A stretch of DNA of 64,000 bases from an uncultured Actinomycetota bacterium (GTDB taxonomy: Bacteria; Actinomycetota; Actinomycetes; Actinomycetales; Microbacteriaceae), in the NCBI GenBank assembly GCA_963792285.1, contig CAWBVS010000019.1, forward strand, positions 2,938 through 66,937, read 5' to 3'. This document shows, piece after piece, positions 34,491 to 45,194 of the stretch. The notes below the pieces were generated by a model. The model made no database searches. It saw only the letters and a program-made list of their open reading frames with translations, and was not told the DNA's origin. The position numbers and the translations under genes are program-made. Numbering within the stretch: the stretch's first letter is position 1; the number at the start of each line of letters is the position of its first letter.

Positions 34491-35316
34491 TCAGTCGAGG
34501 AACAGCGCGCGCAGCCGCTTCGTCGTGAAGACGAGTCCGACGGCGATCATCACGACGTAGTACAGGACGTGCCAGAGCATGCCCCAGTACAGCGCGCCCG
34601 TCGTGAGCCCGCGGACGAGCTCGACGCCGTGCCACAGCGGGAAGATCTTCACGATCACCTGGATGAACTCGGGGTACACCGTGATCGGGTACAGCGTCGC
34701 GGAGAACAGGAACATCGGCAGCAGCACGAAGTTGATCCAGTCCATCTGCTGGAAGGCCTTCATGTAGCTCGTCACGGCCATGCCGAGGCTCGCGAAGCCG
34801 AACGCGATCAGCAGCACCGCGGGAATCGCGAGGATCGCCGTCCACGCGAGGTTGAGCCCCGCGAACTGCATGATGATCATGAAGCCGGTCGCGTACAGCA
34901 GCCCGCGCAGCAGCGCGTAGAGGATCTCGCCGAGCGCGACATCGAGCGGGCCGAGCGAGGTGGACAGCATCCCCTCGTAGAGCTTGCCGTAGTTGAGCTT
35001 GAAGAAGACGTTCCAGGTGGAGTCGTAGATCGCGCCGTTCATGGCCGAGACGGCCAGCAGCGCGGGGGCGATGAAGGCCGCGTACGACACCTCGAGACCG
35101 GTGGTCGTCTCGACGGTGCCGATCAGCGCGCCCAGTCCGATGCCCATCGAGAGCAGGTAGAACACCGGCTCGAAGAAGCCCGAGAGGACGACCACCCAGC
35201 TCGATGACCGCGCGGCCAGCAGTCCGCGCTGCACGACGGCGCCGGGGTTGCCGGCCCAGAGTGCGCGCACTCCGCCCGCCCGGCGGGCGGTGTCGCGTGG
35301 TCGTGGCCGCGCTCAT
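34491..35316 (-). CDS. ABC-2 transporter permease (NodJ-like); frameshift near 35283
   Basis: EPVFYLLSMGIG, SYAAFIAPALLA, PMFLFSATLYP. Confidence 0.88.
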
Positions 35317-36210
35317 TTCGCCAGCCTCCGCTCGAAGAGCCGCCGGCCGACGACGAAGCCGACGACGATGAGCACGATCAGGTAGCCGAAGTGCACGACG
35401 AGCATGGCGGGCTCGATCGGCCGGCCGTACGTGAGCCATCTGCCGATCTCGGTCGCGTGCCAGAGCGGCGAGACCCAGCCGATCCACTGCAGCCACAGCG
35501 GCAGGGTCGCGAGCGGGTAGAACGTGCCCGAGAAGAGGAACATCGGCATGAAGACGAAGCGCTGCACGAGCGCGAACTGACCCTTGTCGTCTTCGATCGA
35601 GGCGGCGTAGGCCATGAGCGGGATGCCGAACGCGAGGCCGGCGAGGATCGCGATGAAGATCGACAGCCATCCCGTCGCCAGGTTCGGGGATCGCGCCGAA
35701 CACGTAGAGGAACGCCGTGTAGGCGACGGCGACGACGATCATGCGGGCCGCGGCTCCGAAGACGACGCCCGTCGCGATCTGGCTGGGCGAGAGCGCCGAC
35801 GCGCTGAAGCCGAAGAAGTAGCGGCGCCATTTGAAGCCGGACATGACCGGGTAGCTGAACTCCTCGCTCGCGACGGCGATCGTCGAGGTCATCAGCAGCG
35901 CCGGCGCGACGAAGACGAGGTACGACACCTCGACGCCGCCCTCGGTGACCGGCGCGTCGATCAGCGCGGCCAGGCCGACGGCGAGGCCGAGCAGGTAGAG
36001 GATCGGCTGCCCGAGCGCGCCGACGATGATGGTCCAGCCGTACGCGCGCATCGCGCGCACCATGTGCTCGGTGACGTACCAGGCGCCGAAGGCCCGCGGC
36101 TTGCGGCCCCACTCGAGGGCCTCGGCGCGCAGCTCGTCGAGCGAGGGCTGGGTGATGACCCCATCGGCCGGCGCGAGCTCGCCGCCCGGCATCCGTTCCG
36201 CGTCGCTCAT
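35313..36210 (-). CDS. ABC-2 transporter permease; frameshift near 35672
   Basis: QPILYLLGLAVG, SYLVFVAPALL, PMFLFSGTFYPL, SPLWHA. Confidence 0.88.
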
Positions 36211-37148
36211 TCGATCAGCGACCTTCCGGTCAGGCGCAGGAACACGTCCTCGAGGCTCGAGCGGCGCACGAGCGAGGTGATCGGCTCGAGTCCGCGCTCG
36301 GTCACGCGCTCGAGAGCCTGCTCGCCGTTCTCGGTGTAGATCAGCACCCGGTCGGGCAGCACCTCGACGCGGTCGCCGATGCCCTGCAGCTGCGGCTCGA
36401 CCTGCTGATTGCGGTCGGACCCGAAGCGCACCTCGAGCACTTCGCGACTGGAGTGCGCGCGGATGAGCGAGGCGGGCGTGCCCTCGGCCATGATCCGGCC
36501 CTTGTCGACCACGACGAGCCGGTCGCACAGCTGCTCGGCCTCGTCCATGTAGTGGGTCGTGAGCAGCAGCGTCGTGCCGCGCTCCTTGAGGCGGAACAGG
36601 CGATCCCACAGCACGTGCCGCGCCTGGGGGTCGAGGCCCGTCGTCGGCTCGTCGAGCAGCAGGATGCGCGGGTCGTTGATGAGCCCGCGCGCGATCGTGA
36701 GGCGGCGCTTCATGCCGCCCGAGAGCTGGTCGACCTTGCTCTTGGCCTTGTCCTCGAGCGCGGCGAACGCGAGCAGCTCGTCGGCCTTCTGCGCGCAGAC
36801 CGCCCCGGGCAGGCCGAAGTAGCGCCCGTAGATGTAGAGGTTCTCGCGGGCGTTGAGCTCGCCGTCGAGGTTGTCCTGCTGCGGCACGACGCCGAGGCGC
36901 GAGCGGATCTCGGGACCGTACCGATCGGGGTCGAGGCCGAGGATCTCGAGGTCGCCGCTCGTGCGGGTCGACACCGCGCCGATCATCTTCATCGTGGTCG
37001 ACTTGCCGGCGCCGTTCGGCCCGAGCAGGCCGAACGACTCCCCCGGCGCGACCTCGAACGACAGCCCGTCGACCGCCAGGAAGTCGGGCTTGCCCTTGAC
37101 CTTGTAGGCCTTCACGAGGTTCGACGCGGAGATGACGGGAGCGGGCAC
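36207..37148 (-). CDS. ABC transporter ATP-binding protein (NodI-like)
   Basis: GPNGAGKST, LSGGMKRR, LLLDEPTTGLD. Confidence 0.95.
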   Translation of the reverse strand: MPAPVISASNLVKAYKVKGKPDFLAVDGLSFEVAPGESFGLLGPNGAGKSTTMKMIGAVSTRTSGDLEILGLDPDRYGPEIRSRLGVVPQQDNLDGELNARENLYIYGRYFGLPGAVCAQKADELLAFAALEDKAKSKVDQLSGGMKRRLTIARGLINDPRILLLDEPTTGLDPQARHVLWDRLFRLKERGTTLLLTTHYMDEAEQLCDRLVVVDKGRIMAEGTPASLIRAHSSREVLEVRFGSDRNQQVEPQLQGIGDRVEVLPDRVLIYTENGEQALERVTERGLEPITSLVRRSSLEDVFLRLTGRSLIE

Positions 37149-37195
37149 CGAACCACCCTAACCGCGGCTGCGGACACGGCAGCCCGGTCGCGCGT

Positions 37196-37240
37196 GTCAA
37201 CCGAAGTTGACGACGTTCGAGTACGTCAACTAAGGTTGAC
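37196..37240. promoter_or_regulatory. Two GTCAAC-N4-GTTGAC palindromic boxes
   Basis: GTCAACcgaaGTTGAC (37196-37211) and GTCAACtaagGTTGAC (37225-37240) in a divergent intergenic region. Confidence 0.75.
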
Positions 37241-37286
37241 GCCGGATGCCGGGGCCGCGGCATCCGCTCATCGAAAGGCGATGCGC

Positions 37287-37503
37287 ATGAGCGGTGACGA
37301 CATCCGCACGCTGATCGGCGCCGCGCCCGAGGACGCGCCGATCGCCGAGCTGCACCGCCTCGCCGCCGTGCGGCGCGAGCTCGCCCGCGCCGAGGAGGTG
37401 CAGGTGCGCCGCGCCCGCAACCTGGGCTACTCCTGGCAGGCGATCGCGGCGCGCCCTCGGCGTGAGCCGGCAGGCCGTCCACAAGAAGTACGGTCGTAAG
37501 TGA
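37287..37503 (+). CDS. Small HTH DNA-binding protein; frameshift near 37452
   Basis: VRRARNLGYSWQAIAA then LGVSRQAVHKKYGRK stop. Confidence 0.8.
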
Positions 37504-37528
37504 CCCCCGAGAACCCGAGGTAGAGACC

Positions 37529-39483
37529 TTGTCTGTCGACGCGCCCACCCAGGAAACACCCCCGACGAGCCGCCGCCGCGGCCGCGGCCGAAAGGCCCCG
37601 GAGGGCCCGCGGGCGACCTTCCGCCAGCTGCTCCCGTTCATCTTCGAGCACAAGCGCACGCTCGTCGTCGTCGCGGTGCTCAGCGTGCTCGGCGCCCTCG
37701 CGACCCTCGCGCAGCCGCTGCTGGTCGGGCAGGTCATCGGGCGCGTGCAGCTCGGCGAGACGCTCGGCGCACTCGTCTGGCTGCTCATCGCGCTCGTGGT
37801 CGTCTCGTCCGTCATCTCGGGCTACCAGCACTACCTGCTGCAGCGCACCGGCACGGCGCGTCGTCTACTCGAGCCGCCGCAAGCTCATCGCGCGCATCCT
37901 GCACCTGCCGATCAGCGAGTTCGACGCGCGGCGCACCGGCGACCTCGTCTCGCGCGTCGGCACCGACACGACGCTGCTGTACGCGGTGCTCACCCAGGGC
38001 CTCGCGGATGCCGTCGGCAACGCGCTCATCTTCGTCGGCGCGCTCGTCGCGATGGCGATCATCGACCCGATCCTGCTCGCGCTGATCGTCGTCGTGATCG
38101 GCGTCTCGGTCGTCGTCGTGGTGCTGCTGAGCGGCCGCATCCGCACGGCGTCGACCGAGCAGCAGGTCAAGGTCGGCGAGCTCGCCTCGGGCGTCGAGCG
38201 GGCGGTCGGATCGATCCGCACGGTGCGCGCGGCCGGGGCGACCGATCGCGAGGTCGCCTCCGTGTCGACGCTCGCCACCGAGGCCTACACCGTCGGCGTG
38301 CGCATCGCGAAGGTGTCGGCGCTCGTGGTGCCGGTCGCGGGCATCGCGCTGCAGATCTCGCTGCTGGTCGTGCTCGGCGTCGGCGGGTTCCGGGTCGCGT
38401 CGGGCGCGATCACGATCGCGTCGCTCGTGACCTTCATCATGTTCCTGTTCCTGATGATCGCGCCGCTCGGCTCGACCTTCGGAGCGATCACGTCGGTCAA
38501 CCAGGCGCTGGGCGCGCTCGGGCGCATCCAGGAGGTGCTCGACCTGCCGACCGAGGAGCAGAGCGACGCGCAGATCGCGGCGACCCTTCGACAGGGTCAG
38601 GGACCGGAGGGCGCTGCGGGACCGGAGGCGGCGGCATCCGGCATCCGCCCCGGCGATCGCGTTCCGCGACGTGCGGTTCCGCTACCCCGAGACGGTGATC
38701 GCCGCCCGCGAAGCGGCGGCAGCCGAGGCGCGCGCGGTGCTCGAGCAGGTGCACCTGGAACGGGCGGCCGATGACGTGACGGATGCCGTCCCCGGCGTCG
38801 ACCGCGACGTGCTGCGCGGCGTCACCTTCGACGTGCCCCGCGGCTCACGGGTCGCACTGGTCGGCCCGAGCGGCGCGGGCAAGAGCACGGTGCTCTCGCT
38901 CATCGAGCGGTTCTACGACCCGACCGACGGGGCGATCGAGCTCGACGGCCGCGACATCCGCACGCTGGACCGCGCGGAGCTGCGCGCGCAGTTCGGCTAC
39001 GTCGAGCAGGACGCCCCGACGCTGGCCGGCACGATCGCCGACAACCTGCGGCTCGGCTCGCCGGAGGCGACCGACGCGGACTGCGAGCGCGTGCTGCACG
39101 CGGTGAACCTGACCGACGTGCTCGAGCGCAATCCGCTCGGCCTCGAAGCGCCGGTCGGTGAGGACGGCGTGATGCTCTCGGGCGGTGAGCGTCAGCGCCT
39201 CGCGATCGCGCGGGCGCTGCTGGCCGCTCCCCCGATCCTGCTGCTGGACGAGTCGACATCGTCGCTGGACGGCGTGAACGAGCAGCGGATGCGCGAGGCG
39301 ATCGACGCGGTCGCCGAAGACCGGACGCTCATCGTGATCGCGCACCGCCTGTCGACCGTCGTCGACAGCGACCGGATCGTCGTGCTCGACCACGGCCGGG
39401 TCGTGGGTCAGGGCACGCACTCCGAGCTCGTGGCCTCGACGCCGCTCTACCGGGATCTGGCGAAGCACCAGCTCCTGGTCTGA
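37529..39483 (+). CDS. ABC exporter, fused TMD-NBD; frameshifts near 37858 and 38645
   Basis: TMD ([14 protein letters not shown]), [33 protein letters not shown]. Confidence 0.9.
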
Positions 39484-39503
39484 GCGCCTGCTCCGAACAC
39501 CGC

Positions 39504-39569
39504 GAGACTGCAACGGCACGCTCGAGACTGTGGGGTTTGCCCGCAGTCTCGAGGTGCCGTTGCAGTCTC
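39504..39569. repeat. Long imperfect palindrome with nested GAGACTG units; REP-like, probable bidirectional terminator
   Basis: GAGACTGCAACGGCAC-G-CTCGAGACTGTGGG / CCCGCAGTCTCGAG-GTGCCGTTGCAGTCTC between convergent genes. Confidence 0.8.
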
Positions 39570-41470
39570 AGCGTGAACGGAGGGTCAGGCGCGGCTGCAG
39601 GCGGTACCGCAGCGCGGAGAGCTCGGCCTGCAGCGGCGCGGGGACGCGGCCGTCGAAGGTCGCGTAGAACTCCTCGGTGAGCTCGGCCTCGCGCAGCCAC
39701 GACTCGCGGTCGATCGCGAACAGCTCGTCGAGGTCGGCCTGCGGCACGTCGATGCCGTCGAGGTTGAGGTCTTCCGTGCGCGGCAGGCGGCCGATCGGGC
39801 TGTCGACTGCGGGCACCGAGCCCTCGATGCGGCGGATGATCCAGTCGATCACGCGGGCGTTGTCGCCGAAGCCCGGCCACAGGAATCGGCCGTCCGAGCC
39901 CTTGCGGAACCAGTTGACCTGGAAGATGCGCGGAGCGCGGTCGAAGCGCAGCTTCTGCCCGACCTTGAGCCAGTGGCCGAAGTAGTCGGCCATGTTGTAG
40001 CCGCAGAACGGGAAGCATCGCGAACGGGTCGCGGCGCAGCTCGCCGACGGTGCCCTCGGCGGCGGCGGTGCGCTCGGACGAGATGTTCGAGCCCATGAAG
40101 ACGCCGTGCGTCCAGTCGGTGGCCTCGACCACGAGCGGCACGTTCGTCGCACGGCGACCGCCGAACAGGATCGCGTCGAGCGGCACGCCCTCTGGGGACT
40201 CCCAGTCACCGGCGATCTGCGGGCACTGGCCGGCGCTGACGGTGAAGCGGGAGTTCGGGTGGGCCGCGGGGCGGTCCATGTCGGGCGTCCAGGGGTTGCC
40301 CTCCCAGTCGGTCAGGTTCGCGGGGGCCTCGTCGGTGAGGCCCTCCCACCAGACGTCGCCGTCGGGGCGCAGCGCGACGTTGGTGAAGATCGTGTTGCCC
40401 CACAGCGTCTCGACCGCGGTGACGTTGGTCGATTCGCCCGTGCCGGGTGCGACGCCGAAGAAGCCGGCCTCGGGGTTGATCGCCCAGAGGCGTCCGTCGT
40501 CGCCGGGACGCAGCCACGCGATGTCGTCGCCGAGGGTCTCGACGCGCCAGCCGGGGATCGAGGGGCGCAGCATCGCGAGGTTGGTCTTGCCGCACGCCGA
40601 CGGGAACGCCGCGGCGACGTGGAACGCCTTGCCCGACGGGTCGATCACGCGGATCAGCAGCATGTGCTCGGCCAGCCAGCCCTCGTCGCGGCCGATCACC
40701 GAGGCGATGCGCAGGGCGAAGCACTTCTTCGCGAGGATCGCGTTGCCGCCGTAGCCCGAGCCGAACGACCACACCTCGAGCGTGTCGGGGAAGTGCACGA
40801 TGTACTTCTCGTCGTTGCACGGCCACGCGACATCCTGCTCGCCCGGCGCGAGCGGAGCGCCGACCGAGTGCACGGTCTTGACCCACGGTGCGCCGGCGGC
40901 GATCTCGCGCAGCACGTCGGTGCCGACGCGGGTCATGATGCCGATCGAGGTGACGGCGTACGCGCTGTCGGTGACCTGCACGCCGATGTGCGAGAGGGGT
41001 CCGCCGACGGGGCCCATCGAGAACGGCACGACGTACATCGTGCGTCCGCGCATGCTGCCCTCGAACAGGGGGGTGATCGTGGCGCGGATCTCGGCGGGAG
41101 CGACCCAGTTGTTCGTCGGGCCGGCGTCCTCTTCGAGCTCCGACGCGATGAAGGTGCGCCCCTCGGTGCGAGCGACATCGCTCGGGTGCGAGCGGGCGAG
41201 GTAGGACCCCGGCCGCCACTCGGGGTTGAGCTTGATGATCTTGCCCTCGTCGACCATGTCGCGCAGGAGTGCGTCGTTCTCGGCGCGGGATCCGTCGACC
41301 CAGTGGATGCTGTCGGGCTGGGTCAGCGCGGCGATCTGGTCGACCCACGCGATGAGTGCGCTCATGCCGTCGCCCTCGATCGCGGGACGACGGCCGAACG
41401 CGGCGGTCGCCGGCGTCAGCCGGGGGCCGCCCTGCGGTGCGGGTCGCGTGAAGATGTCGGCAAGGGCCAT
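39568..41470 (-). CDS. pckG: Phosphoenolpyruvate carboxykinase (GTP); frameshift near 40010
   Basis: [53 protein letters not shown] then FCGYNM, VNWFRK. Confidence 0.96.
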
Positions 41471-41587
41471 GGTCACTCCTCTTCGATCGGGTCAGATCGG
41501 TGTTCTTCCTCCACTATGCGAGGTATTCCGAACAGTTTTCGGAGTCTGTGGTCTCAAGAAATGCGTTTCTTTCGCTATCATCAAAGA

Positions 41588-43030
41588 ATGGCCCCCACCT
41601 CCCTCGAACTGTCCACGCTCGGCCACCGCATCCGCCATCAACGTGTCTCGCAGGGGTTCACGCTCGACGAGCTGGGTGAGCTCGTCGGCGTGGCCGGCAG
41701 CCAGCTGAGCCTCATCGAGAACGGCAAGCGCGAACCCAAGCTCTCGCTGCTGCAGGCGATCGCGACGGCGACCGGCGTCGAGGTCACCGACCTGCTGTCC
41801 TCCGAGCCGCCCAACCGGCGCGCAGCGCTCGAGATCGAACTGGAGCGCGCGCAGTCGAGCTCGATCTTCCGCCAGCTGGGCATCCCCGCCGTGCGGGTCA
41901 CGAAGGGCATCCCCGACGAGACGATCGAATCGATCCTGGGCCTGCACCGCGAGCTGCAGCGGCGCGAGCGCGAGGCGATCGCGACCCCGGAGGAGGCGCG
42001 CCGCGCGAACACCGAGCTGCGTCTGCGGATGCGCGACGGCGACAACTACCTCGGCGAGATCGAGCAGCTGGCCGAGAAGCAGCTCAAGGCGGCCGGCCAC
42101 GTCTCCGGTGCGCTCACCCACCGCACCGTGAGCATCATGGCCGAGCAGCTCGGGTTCGAGCTGCTGTACGTGAACGACCTGCCGCACTCCGCTCGCTCGG
42201 TCACCGATCTGGAGCACGGACGCATCTACCTGCCGCCGGCGTCGATCCCAGGCGGCCACGGCCTTCGCTCGATGGCCCTGCAGGCCATGGCGCACCGGCT
42301 GCTCGGGCACCAGCGGCCGACGGACTACGCCGACTTCCTCGCGCAGCGGCTGGAGATCAACTACTTCGCCGCGTGCGCGCTCATGCCCGAAGCGGCATCC
42401 GTCGCGTTCCTCACGCAGGCCAAGCGCGACCGCAACCTCGCCGTCGAGGACTTCCGCGACGCGTTCGGCGTCACGCACGAAGCGGCCGGCATGCGCATGA
42501 CGAACCTGCTCACGAAGCACCTCGGCATCCGTCTGCACTTCCTTCGGGCCGACGGCTCGGGCGCCGTCTCGCGCGTGTACGAGAACGACGACCTTCCGCT
42601 GCCGCACGATGTGACCGGCGCGGTCGAGGGGCAGATCCTGTGCCGGCGGTTCCTGGCCCGCTCGGCCTTCGAGGAGCACAACCGCACGACCGAGCACTAC
42701 CAGTACACCGACACCCCCGCCGGCACCTTCTGGTGCTCGACGCAGACCGGCACCACTTCGGACGGAGAGTTCTCGATCACGGTGGGCGTGCCGTTCGACG
42801 ATGCGAAGTGGTTCCGCGGACGCGAGACGCAGAAGCGCGCGACCTCGACGTGCCCCGACGAGTCGTGCTGCCGTCGCCCTCCGGCCGAAGTCACCGAGCG
42901 CTGGCAGGGCAAGGCGTGGCCGAGCGCCCGCGTGCACATGCAGATGTTCTCACCGCTCCCCCGCGGCGCCTTCCCCGGGGTCGACGACAACGAGGTCTAC
43001 GCGTTCCTCGACCGGCACGCGCAGGGCTGA
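41588..43030 (+). CDS. XRE-family regulator with IrrE/ImmA-like and Cys-rich C-terminal domains (RamB/PrpR-like architecture)
   Basis: HTH (SQLSLIENGKREP), INYFAACALMP, CPDESCC; TATCAT 6 nt before ATG; divergent from pckG. Confidence 0.85.
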   Translation: MAPTSLELSTLGHRIRHQRVSQGFTLDELGELVGVAGSQLSLIENGKREPKLSLLQAIATATGVEVTDLLSSEPPNRRAALEIELERAQSSSIFRQLGIPAVRVTKGIPDETIESILGLHRELQRREREAIATPEEARRANTELRLRMRDGDNYLGEIEQLAEKQLKAAGHVSGALTHRTVSIMAEQLGFELLYVNDLPHSARSVTDLEHGRIYLPPASIPGGHGLRSMALQAMAHRLLGHQRPTDYADFLAQRLEINYFAACALMPEAASVAFLTQAKRDRNLAVEDFRDAFGVTHEAAGMRMTNLLTKHLGIRLHFLRADGSGAVSRVYENDDLPLPHDVTGAVEGQILCRRFLARSAFEEHNRTTEHYQYTDTPAGTFWCSTQTGTTSDGEFSITVGVPFDDAKWFRGRETQKRATSTCPDESCCRRPPAEVTERWQGKAWPSARVHMQMFSPLPRGAFPGVDDNEVYAFLDRHAQG

Positions 43031-43035
43031 CGCGG

Positions 43036-43986
43036 TCAGCGCCACCGGCGATCGACCCGTCGCGGTGCGCCGGCGTCGTCGACCGCGTCGCCGCGGTTCC
43101 CCACTTGCAGCCACGCGAGGACGTAGATCACGAGGCCGAGCACGAGCCCCGCGACCACCCAGAGCACGACCAGGTAGTCCACCCACGAGCCGATCGGCGG
43201 GGATCCGGGCAGGAAGGTCCGCAGCGGAATCGTGGCGAACAGCATCGCGGCCATCCAGCTCATCAGCGTCGCCTCGACCTTGCGGATGCCGCGGTACGCG
43301 ACGATCGCCACGGTCAGGCCGAGCACCGGCAGGACGGCCATGAGCCCGAGGATGACGATGCCGAACGCGACGGTCGCGACCGACCGGGTCGCGGTGATGC
43401 GGATCTGCGTGACCGGCTCGCCGTCGACGACGAGCTCGTCGTTGCCGGCGACCTCCTCGGAGGAGAAGGTCCAGCCGGGCACGTGCGCCGATCCGCACAG
43501 CAGGGTGGGGATCGCGCGCGCCTCGCCGCCCACCGTCTGCAGCGAGACGATCGCGACATCGACGCTGTGCGCATCGAACGGCCACCGCTCGACGTAGCCG
43601 TCCGTGATGAGGCGCAGGGACTGCGGCGACGGGATCTCGTCCTGCGCCAGCGTGAACGATGCCGGACCGTCGTTGTCGGTGACGAGGATCGTCAGCGGTT
43701 CGGAGAGCAGGCTCGTGTCGGGCGAGGCGACGGGCCCGAAGGAGAGCACCGTCAGCTTGGCCGCCAGTCTGTCCGCGGCGGCATCGACGCCCTCGGGCGA
43801 GAGCGACATCAGGACGGCGTCGGCGGGGGGCTCCTCGGTGCACCCCTCGATGCTCGCGAACCGGTCGTTGGCCGCGTAGAGGGCGACGACGCCGACGTAC
43901 ACCAGCACGAGTGCGGCGATCAGGGCGATCAGCAGCATCCGGCCGCGGCGGGGTGCGGCGCCGGTCGGCGTCGAGACAGAGCTCAC
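43036..43986 (-). CDS. DUF4436-like membrane protein
   Basis: N-terminal TM, WPFD, three C-terminal TMs with MLFATIPLRTFLPGSPPIGSWVD; CACACT 7 nt before GTG 43986. Confidence 0.75.
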   Translation of the reverse strand: MSSVSTPTGAAPRRGRMLLIALIAALVLVYVGVVALYAANDRFASIEGCTEEPPADAVLMSLSPEGVDAAADRLAAKLTVLSFGPVASPDTSLLSEPLTILVTDNDGPASFTLAQDEIPSPQSLRLITDGYVERWPFDAHSVDVAIVSLQTVGGEARAIPTLLCGSAHVPGWTFSSEEVAGNDELVVDGEPVTQIRITATRSVATVAFGIVILGLMAVLPVLGLTVAIVAYRGIRKVEATLMSWMAAMLFATIPLRTFLPGSPPIGSWVDYLVVLWVVAGLVLGLVIYVLAWLQVGNRGDAVDDAGAPRRVDRRWR

Positions 43987-44011
43987 GCGTGCCAGTGTGG
44001 CACGGGCGCGC

Positions 44012-45092
44012 TCACCCCGTGATGAAGTCGCGGTAGCGGTCCAGGGCCGCTCCGATCTCGGCATCCGTCGCCGCTCCTTCAGCGAACAGCTCGGGCACCG
44101 GGGCGTCGCCGTGCCGTCCGACCGCGACCGAGTGGGTCCACACACCCACCACCTCGCCGCGCGCGACCAGGATCGGCCGGACGATGCCGTTCTGACTCGG
44201 GCCGACGTGCGCGAGGAACTCGGGCGCGCACGGCACCGTGCGATCGGCGTACGAGAGGTAGTACTCCTCGAAGGGCGGCAGCGCGAGCACGTCGTGCGCC
44301 GCGGCGCTGCGGCGGGGCGCCGGGCCCGAGCTGACGTAGAGCGGCTCAGGCCTCGTCGGCGACAACGGACAGGCGATCGGATGCCGCCTCCGCCGCGGCC
44401 CGCGAGACGCCGAGCGGCAGTCCCGACCACCACGCGAAGTCGCGCGCACCCGCCGGACCGTGCGAGGCGATGTAGCGCGCGAAGAATTCGGCGAGCGGAT
44501 CGGCCGGGGATGCGGCATCCGTCACCCACTCGTCGGTGCGGACGATGTACTGCTCGCGGGTCGGGCCGCTCTCGCGGGGCACGACCGGGCCCTGGCACAC
44601 GACGGCACGCAGCGACAGCGCGACGAGCAGGTGGTATCCGCGCTGGCGGGCCGTCGAGACGCCGCCCTCCTCGAGGACGGCGAACAGCTCCTTGCGGGTC
44701 AGCCGGTTGCCCCCGGCGAGCGCGGCGAGCACCAGGCGCTCGGCCTTCGCGAGCTCGTCGCCGTCGATCGCCTCGGCGCGGTGCACGCCGGCCGCGGATC
44801 GATGCTGCCGCTCCGCCGTCACCGACAGCACCCAGGCGAGGTCGCGCGCGGGGATCACGTGGATCGTGCCGCGCATCGTCCAGGACCGCACGATCTCGCC
44901 GCGATCGAAGGCGGCATCGACCTGGCGAACGGTCGGGTCGCCCTTCGTGCGCGCCGCGAGCGCCCACCGCCCGCCCCAGAACTCCTGGCCCTGGGTGGCG
45001 AGCATGTGCTCGGCGGCCGCGGTGATGGTCGGCGCCGGGGCCGACAGGCGGTGGGAGCGGAGGCGCCGCTCGATCATCCGTTCCACCCGCAT
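44012..45092 (-). CDS. AlkZ-like (HTH_42) winged-helix DNA glycosylase; frameshift near 44350
   Basis: MLATQGQ (QxQ motif), RSWTMRGTIH, YIASHGPA..DFAWWSGL, LPPFEEYYLSY, GEVVGVW. Confidence 0.82.
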
Positions 45093-45105
45093 CCCCACAT
45101 TGTGT

Positions 45106-45169
45106 CGCACGCCTGGTCACGCGTTCCGCGCCCACGGTCAAGACAGCGCCGTCGGCACGCGCGCAGACT
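45106..45169 (+). promoter_or_regulatory. AraC-type tandem site and -10 for the amine oxidase
   Basis: CGCAC-N5-GTCAC and CGCGC-N5-GTCAA at 21-bp period, then 22 nt, then CAGACT. Confidence 0.65.
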
Positions 45170-45194
45170 TGTGCTGAGCATGGAGGAGTCTGCG

